From NCBI RefSeq assembly GCF_902713615.1, contig NC_052172.1:6119337-6183336 (forward strand): 64,000 bases of DNA, read 5' to 3'. Of this stretch, positions 13,447 to 26,179 are shown piece by piece. The notes beneath the pieces are model-generated. The model was given only the letters and a program-made list of their open reading frames with translations, was not told the origin of the DNA and did not search any database. Numbering within the stretch: position 1 is the stretch's first letter; every line of letters starts with the position of its first letter. This DNA comes from Scyliorhinus canicula. Its lineage: Eukaryota. A program made the position numbers and the translations under genes.

Positions 13447-14433
13447 TGTTGCACGTTTTGCTATGGGCGTAAAACGCGTTTATTGGGGTGTATTAACTTC
13501 CAAGTGCTTAACACCACTAGGCTCTGTTGTATGTATTTATTCATCTTAGGAGTCACCAGGTGCCGTATAGACACCGTCACGAGTATTCCAAGGTCAAGTT
13601 CAAAGTAATAAAGACGATACACCGATTAGTAAGGTCCAAACGATAATATTTATTATACAGTTATAATAAATACTCATGCACACACTAAGAGACTAAGCTA
13701 TGACTAAACTAAAGTAATCAGAATACTTATCTAACAGGAACAGGCAAGGTCAGGGAGCGAGGCCTTCGTCCTGGTCTTGGGCTGCAACCTTCAGCAAGCG
13801 TTCTGGTCACTGGGGGTTCTAGCGGGCTTAGTTCGCGTAGCGAGCGTCGTACTGGCACTTACGGTTCGGCGGCTTGTGCTCGACGGCTGGAGTCAGAGTG
13901 TATCTTCAAGGTCTTGGTCAGGGCCGGAGCACGGAATAACAGATCTTGATCGAAGTTAAGCCGGAGCACAAACAACAGACTGGACAACACGAGGTCCCTG
14001 TCTTTTATAGGGATCCCAATGTCCTTCCCTCTTCTTGGGCGGGCTTTAACCTTTGGTTATCTATTGGGTCAATTCCTCATCGATACTGTTTTAATTCCCC
14101 AATGCGAGGGGGTCTCCGTGATGGGGGGGGGGGGCGTTTCTTATGCCCTTTTGTTTGGAGGTTTCTGGTGCCTCGATGTCTGGGCCTTGATTCAAATGTG
14201 TCCATTCAGAATCAAATGTTTCTATTGTGTGGGTGTTCAGGTCTGATTGCCTCATTAGTATGCAAAGCGTTTTGCCATTTGCACCTAACTAAGGTCTTCT
14301 CACCTGAGCCCAAACTGGTTTCTGCTACTTGCAGTTGTCTTTGCAGATTGCTGTCTTGGCTAAACTGCCTGTTTCCCTGCAGTCTTAGCGCTTGGCTTAC
14401 TTTGTAGCTCAGCGTCCATTTTAGGTGGCTACA
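13447..14433 (-). mobile_element. Solo LTR (987 bp), TG...CA ends, 4-bp TSD
   Basis: Starts tgttgca, ends ggctaca; ccct at 13443-13446 and 14434-14437; minus-strand TATA (ttttatagg near 14003) and AATAAA (tttatt near 13650); interrupts a block duplicated at 12150-12543. Confidence 0.75.
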
Positions 14434-14936
14434 CCCTCACCTTAACCGACCATGCATAAGGATCCCAAAGTAATTGGTCGATGAGAGAATATTGGGCCAC
14501 TGATGAGAAAACACAGTGAATTACGGAGAGCTGTGGCATACCGTGGTGGTCACAGAATAAGTGAATGCAGCCCCAACATCTTGTAATGTTCTGGGAAACT
14601 CTGAGAGAAAAGTAAGAACAAGTAGTTATATAATATCCTATTGATTTAGTGCTGCTCAGTTTGTTTAATATTTGTGCCTCGTTCCTTCAGTGAGAGTTCG
14701 AAGTTCTCTTTGAAATTGAAAAGTCTCTGCGGCGATCATACCAGCACTGAGAATGTGGGCCCAGCAGATCAGAGGGGGAGCTGCAGAGTTTGGAGGCGTG
14801 TCTAAAGATACTTCAGTTCCTGTTTGGGCTCCTACCTGTTTCCCTCAATGATTTGAACCGAACGGGTGGCACCTGACAGGACTCCACACGCGTGTTCTCG
14901 CTGCTTTGTTATTGATCGAAAATCCTCGAGTTAAAA

Positions 14937-15461
14937 ATGCATCCGTTGCTGGGTCTAATCACCGTGTTTCATTGTAAGCGAAATCATGTGAATAACAAGT
15001 ACATTGTTAATCTTCTTTTACATGTTTCTTTCACACAGTCTTTAAGTCTCTTTGCCTTTCTAATGTTCTTTCTGTTTGCCTTTTCTTTCCTTTTTGTCTC
15101 GTTATCTCGAATTTCCCCGAACGTCCCCATTTACTGACCTCTTCTTGTCCCCGTTTCATCCACAGATGTGAACTCGCAGACTATTCGCCAGACTCCCGCC
15201 GCTGTCTCCAGATTTCCCGGGGATAAGATGGAGCTGAAATGCACTGTGGACGGCAGCAGTAACCCTGATCTGTATTGGTACAGGCAACACCCGGGGAAGG
15301 AGCTAAAGTTAATGTTTTACTCCAGGAACACTGACCACGTAGATCCAGAGGGGACGGTGGACGGTTTCAGGGCCGAGCGACCGACTGACGTCGGGTTTAA
15401 CCTGGCGTCCTCCGGCCTGCGGCTGAAGCACTCGGCCGTGTATTACTGCGCCTGGAGTCAT
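14937..15461 (+). CDS. TRBV: TCR beta V segment, functional, TRBV30-like (leader 14937-14973; V exon 15166-15461)
   Basis: MHPLLGLITVFH|gtaag...cacag|YVNSQTIRQTPA..KCTVDGSSNPDLYWYRQHPG..LMFYS..AERPTDVGFNLASSGL..HSAVYYCAWS; closely matches recalled human TRBV30 (SQTIHQWPA..CTVEGTSNPNLYWYRQ..LLFYS..CAWS). Confidence 0.92.
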
Positions 15462-15500
15462 CACAGTGACTCAGAGAAATGGAGCAGTTCAACAAAAACC
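15462..15500 (+). other. 23-RSS (consensus)
   Basis: cacagtg + 23 nt + acaaaaacc. Confidence 0.95.
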
Positions 15501-16217
15501 CTCTGGCAGCAGGAAACAGCTGTGGATGAGAAATAGTGTTTATGTTTGCAGAACGAATGTGTTCATATCAAGAAGAGGAGGCCAGTATATATAAAAGTGA
15601 AAGTATAAATGTAAAAAAATGGAGATGGATTAACAGGGATGATGTCAGAATTGACAGGTTGTGGCTACAGGAACCCCTGTTTGGATTGTATCCACTGACT
15701 GCATGTTCCCCGCCTACTACATATTTCTTGATGTGCGTTACCCAGGTCAGAGCGCAGTGTTCCAGAGTTCTGGAACAAATTAAGGAAAACTACCTGCATT
15801 TGTTCCATGAGTTCCCATGGAGGAAGGTTCGTATTCTTTAGGATTTGATTTCCTTTCCCCCGAGAACTGGGTTTGAGGGATTTGTGGAGCTGCATTCCTT
15901 TGCCCCTCCACAGTTATTTGCTTCCAGTCAGTGAAGAGACGCACTGCTTTAAGTTGCTTCGGACGATATCAAACGCTGTTTGCTGTGCTCTCTCGCTTTA
16001 TCTGTTTATGGCCCTTTCGTAACATCGTGCTCCCCCGCAGTCCACTTCCAGCCAATCATTGAAGGAGGGGCGTGTCTTTCCGGAAGAGGGGGTGGGGTTT
16101 CCTTGGTACTTTTAGGTTCCTTCAATGATTTGACAGGAAACGAGTTGAGTCCCATGAAGACCGGTCTCTCTCTTGTTTCCCTTATTTCTCTAACACAAGT
16201 AAAGTTTAGCATTAAAG

Positions 16218-16667
16218 ATGTTTGTGTTATTGAGCCTCACTGTGTTATTTCAATGTAAGCAATATTTTTTGCGTTTTCTTCGTTTTCACTTGTTTTCCTT
16301 CTTTCATTTTGATCTTTCAATGCAAGAACGTCGGTATTTATTAACTTTTGCTCACCCCGTCTCTCTTACAGATGTGTGCTCAGTGAAAATCCACCAGACC
16401 CCGGTCGCTGTCTCCAAATTTGTTGGGACGGGAGTGAAACTGCATTGTGAGGCTGAGGGAGACAGTAGCGATTACATGTACTGGTACAGACAGTATCAGG
16501 GGAAGGGGCTGCAGCTGATGTTTCACTCTATAATTGCACCAGAAGTGGACCCAAAGGGGACGGTGGACGGTTTCAGCGCCGAGCGACCGAGTGGCGCCAA
16601 GTTCAACCTGGAGTCCTCCAGCCTGCGGGTGGATCACTCGGCCGTGTATTACTGCGCCTGGAGTCTT
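16218..16667 (+). CDS. TRBV: TCR beta V segment, functional, TRBV30-like (leader 16218-16254; V exon 16372-16667)
   Basis: MFVLLSLTVLFQ|gtaag...tacag|YVCSVKIHQTPVAV..LHCEAEGDSSDYMYWYRQYQG..HSAVYYCAWS; no stops. Confidence 0.92.
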
Positions 16668-16706
16668 CACGGTGACTCAGACAGATGGAGCAGTTCAACA
16701 AAAACC
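16668..16706 (+). other. 23-RSS (heptamer variant CACGGTG)
   Basis: cacggtg + 23 nt + acaaaaacc. Confidence 0.9.
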
Positions 16707-17659
16707 CCAAAGGCAGCAGGAAACGGCTGTGAATTAAATAAAAATTGTAATCATGTAGCAATAGTTTGGTCTTATTTTGAAGAGTGCATGCGATTTTGAC
16801 ACAAAGCAAATGAAAGCGGCCGATTAAAGGAGAGTTTGAAAGAAGGAAGAAGTGCAGGGATGAATGGAAGTGAAATCAAAAAACAAGGAGAAAGGAAAGA
16901 TTGAATGTAGAGACAACGTGGGAATGACAGAAAGAAGGAACGCGTGCAGAGGAGGCATGCCGGAATGTTGCCAGTGATATCTATTAACTGGATTAATTGG
17001 AGAGACAAGAGAAGATACAATTATTCTGCTTAAAGCAACGGGGATTAATGCGAATAAAGTGTTAGCAAGCTTTAGTTACGTGGACAGACTAGACGAACTG
17101 GAGTTGCGTTTCCCAACGCAGGGAAGACCCAGGAGCCAGATACATTTACAATTCGGAGGATTTACTTTAAGCAACGGGCTGTTTTGATGTAAAATGCCCA
17201 TTACAAATTATTTGTAACGTTTATGTTTGAATCAGCTATTTAGTGAAGCAGGAATTCTTCCAGAAAATACCAGGAAACAATGGGCAACTCGGGAGCGATG
17301 GGCCGCATGGACTTCTTCTGTTTTTATTGGAACAATGGGGGACAACCATTAAATCACCCGGCATCGGCCATAATTCCAAATAGACGGTCGAATTATTTCA
17401 ATCCCAGTTCAGACTGGAGCTTACCAGAGTCTCCCAATGGTACACTGCCAAATACAACTGCACCAGCACCTGAGCACGCCTAACAGAATCCGCGGTTTTC
17501 TTGTTCTCAAATTCCCCATAACTCTCACAGAGCCCCGAATTATAGATGGCAGCTGCCAGAGGGTGGCGCTGTTGTACATCGACACCCCCAACAGTCCAAG
17601 ACGCGCCAGCCGCTGCTTCAATTCACACCAATTCGGATGATGCTTAATTATAGAAGCAT

Positions 17660-17975
17660 ACAATTTACAGTGCAGAGGGAGGCCATTTGGCCCATTGAAT
17701 CTGCACCGGCCCTTGGAAAGAGCACCCAATCTAAGCCCACGTCTTCACCCATTACTCAGTAACCCCACTGGCCTTTTTGAAAACTAAGGGTCAATTTAGC
17801 ATGGACAATCCACCTAACCTGCACGTCTTTGGACTGTGGGAGGGAACCGGAGCACCCGGAGAAAACCCATGTAGACACGGGAAGAAAATGCAAACTCTAC
17901 GCAGTCACCCGAAGCCGGAATTGTACCCGGGTACCTGGAGCTGTGACGCAGCAGTGCTACCTACTGTACCACCGA
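17660..17975 (-). mobile_element. HE1-like SINE
   Basis: Reverse complement of the SINE body (aacctgcacgtctttggactgtgggagggaaccggagcacccgga) with LINE-like tail. Confidence 0.8.
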
Positions 17976-18528
17976 ATCGGTTGATTATCAACCAATCGGC
18001 ATTAAATCGACATTAAATCTAAGAGTTGAAACTACTGTCTCCTGGTCCAACGTCTAACTTAACGTCTAACTTTATAGTTGGAACCAAAACTTGACGAATA
18101 CGTTTTTAAAAAACTTGCTGTTATATTACTTTGATTCTAAAACTGTCTCTTTCTATTACCCTTTCCTGTTTCGGACGTTTATTTTGTCCGTCCACCGTTC
18201 TCTCTCTCTCTCTCTCTCACATACAGCTCATACTTTCCCTTCATCTCTGTCTCGCCCCTTCTATCATTGTCTCTATCGCTCGGCCTCCCTCTTTCTCTTT
18301 CTCTTTGTCTCATTCTCTCCTCTCGCTGACGTGTTTTTATCTGAATCTCTTTCTGTCACCACCTGTTCCTCCAAATCTACCTCTCAATATAATATTCAAA
18401 GTAGCACTGTTACTGGAGAACACTAATGTACTGATTTATCTTTCTCTCTCTCCTATCTATGTCCCATCCTTCCCCTCGTGGTTTGGCTCCTGTTTGAACT
18501 GCTCCTCCTGTTTTAATCACCTTGCTAG

Positions 18529-18827
18529 ATGTTCGCTTGAAGAATTTAGTCGTCCAGTCTGGGCTGGCAATGGTTCTGTCTCCAGGGCAGGGAGCCGTGT
18601 TCCATTGCAGCATCTGGCAGGGCATGGTGACCGACCATCGGTTACACTGATGCATCCAGATCGGCGACCAAATGGAATGGATCAGATCTGGGGTAATGGC
18701 TGCACCTGGGAGCAGAAAGCGGTCGGAGGTCAAGCAGGACCCTCAGGGCAACGAATTCACTCTGATCTTGAAAGACCCCCAGGTCGAAGACAACAGGAGC
18801 TATTACTTCCTGGCGCAGAGAGATGCA
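18529..18827 (+). pseudogene. Ig-like V pseudogene (LAHRD family), paralog of 10127
   Basis: Acceptor gctag|18529; W41>TGA, C104>F (YYFLAQRD); degenerate RSS cacagca + 21 nt + agaaatact (18828-18864). Confidence 0.85.
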
Positions 18828-20423
18828 CACAGCATTGCAAAGTACATGGGCTCTGAGAAATACTCCCTGCCGCAAGAAATCTAAGAGCCTTACTGTCCTG
18901 AGAGAGGGCAACACAGTGATTACGTTGCTGCAGCTGGTATCCCGGATGCTTGACAAGATAATGCCCCCATCACAGAGTTCAAGTTCACCTGGACAGATGA
19001 AGAATTTCACCCTTTTCACCCCCGCGGACCGTGGGTGCAGATTGTTGCATCTACTAAATATACGGTACCAAGTGTTTAAGGTTCATTCAACAACGGCATT
19101 CGGACCCTGTTGTTGTATCACCAAGAAGGTTAAGGAGATCGATGTTATCGGCAAGGTCCTTTCTAAGACACATGACATTCTGATATGACCGATGTCGCCA
19201 ATGCTCTACTGTTGCTGGGGCAAAGCCCTGGGAACAGGGACCTCAGTGATCCATCACAAAGTTCTCAAGTACAATAGGGATGGACAATAATCATGGATCT
19301 CTCCAGCGACACACACGTCCGAAGGATTATTTTCTTTAAAGTACAAGAGTTAGGAACAGAGAGCTGTTTTCAGCAATGGTCACCATATCATTTAAGGGAG
19401 GGAATTTTCCAACTCACCAATTTGGCCTGTATGTGACACCAGAGACAGAACAACTGTGCCTGGGGGAATAATTTTCAGATGAGGCGCAGGAGGTTTAGAG
19501 GAAAACGTCTTTCACCCGGGAGTCTGGGAGAGTAGTAGTGGCGGGAAACTCCCTATCTTCAAAATGTGCGTGGATGAGCACCTGAAATGTGACAACATTC
19601 AAGGCCAAGTATTGGAAAGTGGGATTCGCGCCGATTTGGTGTAGGTTTGTCGCTTCAGACTCGATGGACCAAAGTGCTGTATGAGTCTAAGACTCTATGG
19701 CTCTATGGCTATGACTGTCTTCAGCTTGTTCACCTCTGGTAAGACCTTTCCTCAATCTGCCTTGTTCCAAGGACAACAAGCCGAGAATATGCAATTTAGC
19801 ATTGTAGTGAAATTCCTTCATCCAGGAACAATTCTGGCAAATCCCCTTTGCCTCTTCTCAAGGATCCTCATTTCCATCCTGAAGTCTGATGACCAGACTG
19901 GACGTAATGCTCTTGATATTGCCCAATTAAACGCTGATAAGAATTTTCTGCTCCCTACCAGTTTTGTGCCCAACTCCTCGGTATGAAACAAGGACTCGAG
20001 CACTTGGTTGATCTCAGTGCTTTGCTTCTACATTTTGGAAATTCAGACACTACTGCAGTATAGGAAAGGCGGCAACTCGATCTACAGAGGGCGACTCAAC
20101 AACTAGCCAACTCAACTTCCAGCTAATGCTTTTCTTCAGAGCCATCCATTGAGTCAAACATTGGCAAAACTACAGCCCAGCCAGCCGAAAATGACAGGCT
20201 AACATTGGAGACCGCCTTCTGTACTGTCCCACGATTAAGAAAAAAAAAATCACAAGCAAATGCTCGGGTTCTCATTTGTTCAAACCTTTGTCCTGTGTGG
20301 CCCTGCTCACGATTCGATGACCAATCTTCAGGTTCAGTTCTATTACATCCGGTTGCATTTCTGTTGAATGGGGACATTTACCAGTAACACATTAACCTTC
20401 CGCCTCCCCTCAGAAGAAAGAGG

Positions 20424-21029
20424 ATGGTTTTCTCATCTAGGACGCCCTTTATCTTTCTCAACTTATGGATGGGACATTGGATATATTGTAAGTCTTTTTC
20501 CCGCAAATATTCTCTGCTAACAATAAAAGACGGCGACGTTTACTTATAAGTCAAAGGTTTAAAACGTAGTCGATACATCATCGGGGTGATTTGCAGGCTT
20601 TGGGTAAAATAGAGTGGGTGAGAGTAATTGAATGACCATTTTAAAGAACTAGCAGTCATGATGGGCTGAAAGGTCTCTGTTCGGTTTCAATCTGCTTTTA
20701 TAAGCGTTTTTCTTTCCCGAAATCTGCTTTAGGGTTCCGGGCAGCGCCCAATGAGGCCCGGTTTCCACCCGCGGCTTTGATCAGACAGGAAGAGGCCGTC
20801 AGTCTGCTTTGCAATTTGGTGGGGCATAGCATGAGCACCTACACAATGTTGTTTTACAGGAAGAAGGGAGGCCCAATCGAATGGATTTGCAGCGGGTACG
20901 GTGGCTGCGTGCCCGATTTCCAGAAACGATTCTCCGTCCAACTTGATGCTGGAAGCAACATATTCACCCTGCATCTGAAGAACCCAAACCTGAAAGACTC
21001 GGTGACCTACTTCTGTGCTGCGAGTAAAG
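20424..21029 (+). pseudogene. Ig-like C-x5-C family V, open frame but W41>F and weak RSS (ORF/pseudogene); leader 20424-20487, V exon 20733-21029
   Basis: MVFSSRTPFIFLNLWMGHWIY|gtaag; LLCNLVGHSMSTYTMLFYRKKGGPIEWICSGYGGCVPDFQKRF...YFCAASK. Confidence 0.8.
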
Positions 21030-21068
21030 CACATCGGTTCAAATCTGCCGCAAACTAACACAAAACTC
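21030..21068 (+). other. Degenerate 23-RSS
   Basis: cacatcg + 23 nt + acaaaactc. Confidence 0.7.
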
Positions 21069-21239
21069 GTCTTTATCCCCTCTGTCTCATTCCTTCCTTG
21101 GTCGACACCTGCGCAACCTTCTGAACTAATGTAGTGGGGAGTTTCTGTGAGAGTGGTTCAGGGCCACGAACACACAGCCAATGAATCATCTCTGTTGACC
21201 TGTATTCATTTCTGTAATTACGAGAACAAGAGCCAGGAA

Positions 21240-23105
21240 TTGAAAAATTTGGATTGGGTGTGGCTGTTGGAGGGTACATCAACATCGGACATGTGGGAGT
21301 CTTTCAAGCGACAGTTGATTAGGATTCATGAAAGTCATGTTCCTGAGGGAACGAAGGGTAAGTATGGGAAGTTTAGGGAGCCTTGGATAACGAGGGATAT
21401 CGTGAACCTCTTTAATAAGGAAAAGGAGACTTCTGTACGGTCTAGAAGGGTGGAGACAGTCGGAACCCTTCAGGATTACAAATGAAGTATGAAGGTACTT
21501 AAGCGGGAAATTAGGAGGGCTTGGAGGGGTCATGAAAAGTCCTTGGCAAGTAGGATTAAGATGAATTAAGGATTAAAAGAAAAAAAAAGAATAAACAGAG
21601 GGAAAATCGACCATGGATATCTGAGGAAATAAGAGAAATATCAAATTGAAGGAAAAAGCACACAACGTAGCAAAGATTAGTGGGAGACTAGAGGATTGGG
21701 ATATATTTAGGGTTGCAACAGAAAGCTACTAAAAAGCTACAAAGAAGAGTGAGATTGATTATGAGAGTAAACTTGCTCAGAATATAAAAACAGATAGTAA
21801 AAGTTTCTACAAATACATAAAACAAAAAAGAGTGGCTAAGGTAAATATTGGTCCTTCAGAGGATGAGGAGGGAGATTTAATAACGGGTAATGAGGAAATG
21901 GCTGAGGACCTGAACAGGTTTTTTGCGTCGGTCATCACAGTGGAAGACACACATAACATGCCAGTGACTGATAGAAATGAGGCCGTGACAGATGAGGACC
22001 TAGAGATGGTTGCTATCACTAAGGAGGTAGTGATGGGCAAGCTAATGGGGCTAAAGGTATACAAGTCACCGGGCCCTGATGGAATGCATCACAGAGTGCT
22101 AAAAGAGATGGGTAGGGAAATTGCAAATGCACTAGTGATAATTTCCCAAAGTTCACTGGACTCTGGGGTGGTCCCGGTGGATTGGAAATTGGCAAACGTG
22201 ACACCACTGTTTAAAAAAGGAGGTAGGCAGAAAGCGGGTAATTATAGGCCAGTCAGTTTAACTTTGGTAGTGGTCTGGCAGATGGAATACAATGTTGACA
22301 AATGGGAGGTTATCCATCTTGGTAGGAATAACAGCAAAATGGATTATTATTTAAATGATAAAAGATTAAAACATGCTGCTGTGCAGAGAGACCTGGGTAT
22401 GCTTGTGCATGAGTCGCAAAAAGTTGGTTTAGAGGTGCAACAGGTGATTAAGAAGGCAAATGAAATGTTGTCCTTCATTGCTATAGGTGTGGAGTTTTAG
22501 ACTAGGGAGGCTATGCTGCAATTGTATAAGATGTTAGGGAGGCCACACCTGGAGTATTGTGTTCAGTTTTTGTCCCCTTACCTGAGAAAGGACGTACTGG
22601 CACTGGAGGGTGTGCAGAGGAGATTCACTAGGTTAATCCCAAATCTGAAGGGGTTGGATTACGAGGAGAGGTTGAGTAGACTGGGACTGTACTCGTTGGA
22701 ATTTAGAAGTATGAGGGGTATTCTTATAGAAACATACAAAAACCGAAGGGAATAGTTAGGCTAGATGCGGGCAGGTTGTTTCCACTACTGGGTGAACGGA
22801 GAACTAGACCGCATAGCCTCAAAATAAGGGGAAGTAGATTTAGGACTGAGTTTAGGAGGAACGACTTCACCCAAAGGTTTGTGAACCTATGGAATTCCTT
22901 GCCCAATGATGCAGTTGAGGCTCCTTCATTAAATATTTTTAAGATAGAGATAGATAGGTGTTTGAAAAATAAAGGGATTAAGGGTTATGGTGTCCGGGCC
23001 GGAAAGGGAAGCTGAGTCCATAAAAAATCAGCCATGATCTGCTTGAATGGCGGAACAGGCTCGAGGGGCCAGATGGCCTAAATCCTGCTCCTAGTTCTTA
23101 TGAAT
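21240..23105 (+). mobile_element. CR1 LINE fragments (two pieces; RT region with internal deletion near 22270)
   Basis: KSPGPDGMH, WKLANVTPLFKKG..NYRPVSLT joined directly to WQMEYNVDK; RPHLEYCVQF; 3' UTR to about 23100. Confidence 0.9.
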
Positions 23106-23289
23106 AGAACAGTACAGCACAGAACAGGCCCTTCGGCCCTCGATGTTGTGCCGAGCAATGATCACCCTACTTAAACCCACGTAACCCGTATACCCGTAAC
23201 CCAACAATCCCCCCATTAACCTTACACTACGGGCAATTTAGCAGTATGAATGCTGCAGTATTATGTTCCTATGAATCCCAAAGTGTTTT

Positions 23290-24780
23290 TATTCACGTGT
23301 AAAAAGCAACAGGGTGGTCAGGGAAAGGATTGGACCACTTAAGGACAGCGCGGTGGGGGTTGTGGAATCAATGTATTGAGCCAAAGGAAGTTGGCGAGGT
23401 ACTAAATGAGTACTTTGCATCAGTGTTCACCAAAGAAAAGGACTTGGTGGAAAATGATTCTTGGGTAGGGTGTGTGGACAGTCTAAGTCATGTTGACATG
23501 ACAAAGGAGGAAGTATTTGGTCTTTTAAAAGACATTAAGGTAGATAAGTCTCCTGGGCCGGATGGGTTTACCTCAGAATACTGAGGGAAGCATGGGAGGA
23601 AATTGCTGGCGCCTTGGCTGACATCTTTGCATCCTAATTGGCTACTGATGAGATCCCAGAGGATTGGAGAGAAGCTAATGTGGTACCACTGTTTAAGAAA
23701 GGTAGCAGGGATAATCCTGGAAACTATAGGCCGGTGAACCTCATGTTGGTAGTAGGTAAATTAGTGGAGCGAGTTCTCAGGGACAAGATTTATACCCATT
23801 TGGAAACAAATGGACTCATCAGTGATAGAGAGCATCGTTTTGTGAAGCGGTGGTCGCGCCTCACTCACCTGATCGAGTTCTTCGAGGAGGTGACGCAGAT
23901 GATTAATGAAGGGAGGGCAGTGGATGTTGTTCACATGGACTTCAGAACAGCCTTTGACAAGGTACCTCATGGCAGACTGGTACAAAAGGTGACGTCACAC
24001 GGGATCAGAGGTGAGGTGGTAAAGTCGGTCACAGAAGGCAAAGGGTTGCAATAGAAGGGTGTTTTTGTGAATGGAACCTTGTGACTAGTGATGTTCAACA
24101 GGGATCTGTGCTGGGGCCTCTGTTGTTTGTTGTGTACACAAACGATTTGGAGGAAAATGTAGCTGGTCTGATTAGTAAGTTTGTGGATGAAACCAAGGTT
24201 GCTGCAGTAGCAAATAGTGCTGAGGATTTTCAGAGTATACAGTAGGACATAGGTTGGAGGCTTGGGCAGAGAAATGGGAAATGGAGATTAATCCGGACAA
24301 CTGTGCTGTAATGCATTTATGGTAGGTCTAACGTAGAGGGGAATACACCGTAAATGGTAAACCTCTCAGGAATATAGGAATCAGAGATCTGGGCGTGCAG
24401 GTCCAGAGATCTTTGAAGGTGGCAACAGAAGTGCACAAGGTAGTCAATATGGCATATGAAACGCTTGCTTTCATTGGATGGGGTATCGAGTATAAAAACT
24501 GACAAGTCATGCTACAGTTGTACAGAACCTTGGCAAGGCCGCGCTTGAAATATTGCGCATTATTGCTGTTGCCACAGTAGCAGAAGGATCTGAAGGTTTT
24601 GGAGAGGAGCAGAGGAGGTTTACCGGGAATCTGCCTGGTCTGGAGGTGTTACCTGCGTGGAGAGGATGAATAGACTCGGACTGTTTTCATTAGAAAGACG
24701 GAGCTTGAGGGGTGACCGAACTGAGGTGTACACGATTATGAGGGGCACGGATAGAATGCATGGGCAGGCACTTTTCCCAG
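23290..24780 (+). mobile_element. CR1 LINE fragment (RT)
   Basis: KSPGPDG, PEDWREANVVPLFKKGSRDNPGNYRPV, MDFRTAFDKVPH; frameshifted. Confidence 0.9.
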
Positions 24781-24914
24781 GCTGGCGGGAATCGGACCTG
24801 AGACCCTGGAGCTGTGAATAAACTGTGCTAACCACTATGCTACCGTGCTGCCTACTTATCTCCACTTCTCTCCACAGATACTGTACTGGAATGGAGTACA
24901 CAAATAATTCTGAC

Positions 24915-25122
24915 GGACGTGGCGCACTGGTTTGCACTGGGACTGCGACTCTGAGGTCCCGGGTTCGAATCTCGACCCTGGGTCACTGTCCGTGAGGAGT
25001 TTGCACATCCCCCGTCTGCGTGGATTTCACCCTCACAACCCAAAGATGTGCATGGGAGGTAATCCACCTGCTAAACTACCCCATAATTTGAAAAAATAAT
25101 TGAACACTCTAATTTTTAAAAA
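24915..25122 (+). mobile_element. SINE with 13-bp TSD
   Basis: B-box gggttcgaatc; TSD aaataattctgac (24902-24914) / aaataactctgac (25123-25135); empty sites in paralogs near 37281 and 49090. Confidence 0.8.
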
Positions 25123-25920
25123 AAATAACTCTGACTTGGTCCACAAGTGTCGGGCTTTGGTCATACCATACCATTCAGGTTTGATGTCCATATACAGGGA
25201 ACTATTTAAGGCAAGACGGAGAAGATTGCCTGGATTCTGGTTTCGGATGACAGAGGTTTACTGTGATGCGCGAAGGGATAACTTGGAGTTATACTCTGTG
25301 TGTTTCGAAGAATGAGAGGTGGTTTTGATGAAGCTCATACAGTTTTGAAGGGATTTCACAGGGTGGGAACTTAGAGGAAGTCTTTCCCTTGGCTGGGAAT
25401 TGTCGGACACGGGGCCCCCGACTGGGGATAAGGGGCGATCCATGAGGGCTGAGATGATGGCTATTTTTTCACAGACAGATTAGTGAATCTTCGAACTCAG
25501 AGGGTTGGAGATCCCACACTTCTGAGTAGCTTCAAAGCTGTGGGTGATAGATGTTTGAATAATGGGGAAATCGATGCATTGCTGGAGCAGACGGGATGCT
25601 TTTTTCACATTCTTGCAAATGATATTAGTGGATGGCACTAGGAAATTGATTAGACTGAACAATTAATCCTTGATACCTGTACGATATTCAGTCAATGGGT
25701 TTGACCGTTGTCTGAGTTGCGTTTGTATCCGTGCATTAATAATTAATTAATCCAACGATCGGTTGACAGTTTAATTTTTCAATATTTAATAATGCGGACA
25801 GGGTCAACCAGAAATGGTTTGCATGTGTTTGTATGAATGGCTGAGGTTTTATTACAGATATCCGAAGTGGTTTCGATCTATGTGGTAAGGCTCAATGAAA
25901 CTGCTTCATTTTTTGTTTTG

Positions 25921-26175
25921 ATCCATCACAAGGACTGCAACCTGGACAAGGTCTGCCCACACTGGTTATAGAAGAGGCTAATATGGCCACAATGAACAGC
26001 CATGTGCAGGAAACCAGTCCTCCATGCTCTGCTATCGCCAATCAGCCGGCCAGGGGCTCACTTTGATTGGGTACCTTCAGGTCGGAGGTAAATACCATTA
26101 TGAGGAGACAGAGCAAACCCGTTATAATGTCGCCGCTGACGTCTATAGAAGTTCTGAAGTTTTGAATCTGTGTGT
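25921..26175 (+). pseudogene. TRBV: TCR beta V pseudogene, CATS family, 3'-truncated
   Basis: Paralog of 38104/49906; acceptor ag>tg, C23>S, W41>C; sequence switches to a CR1 3' fragment near 26185; no C104 or RSS; leader region absent. Confidence 0.8.
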
Positions 26176-26179
26176 AATT

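Noticed and set aside
12347-14506. CTGATGA hammerhead core at 12347 and 14500
   Set aside because: No stem II followed by GAAA in the correct register
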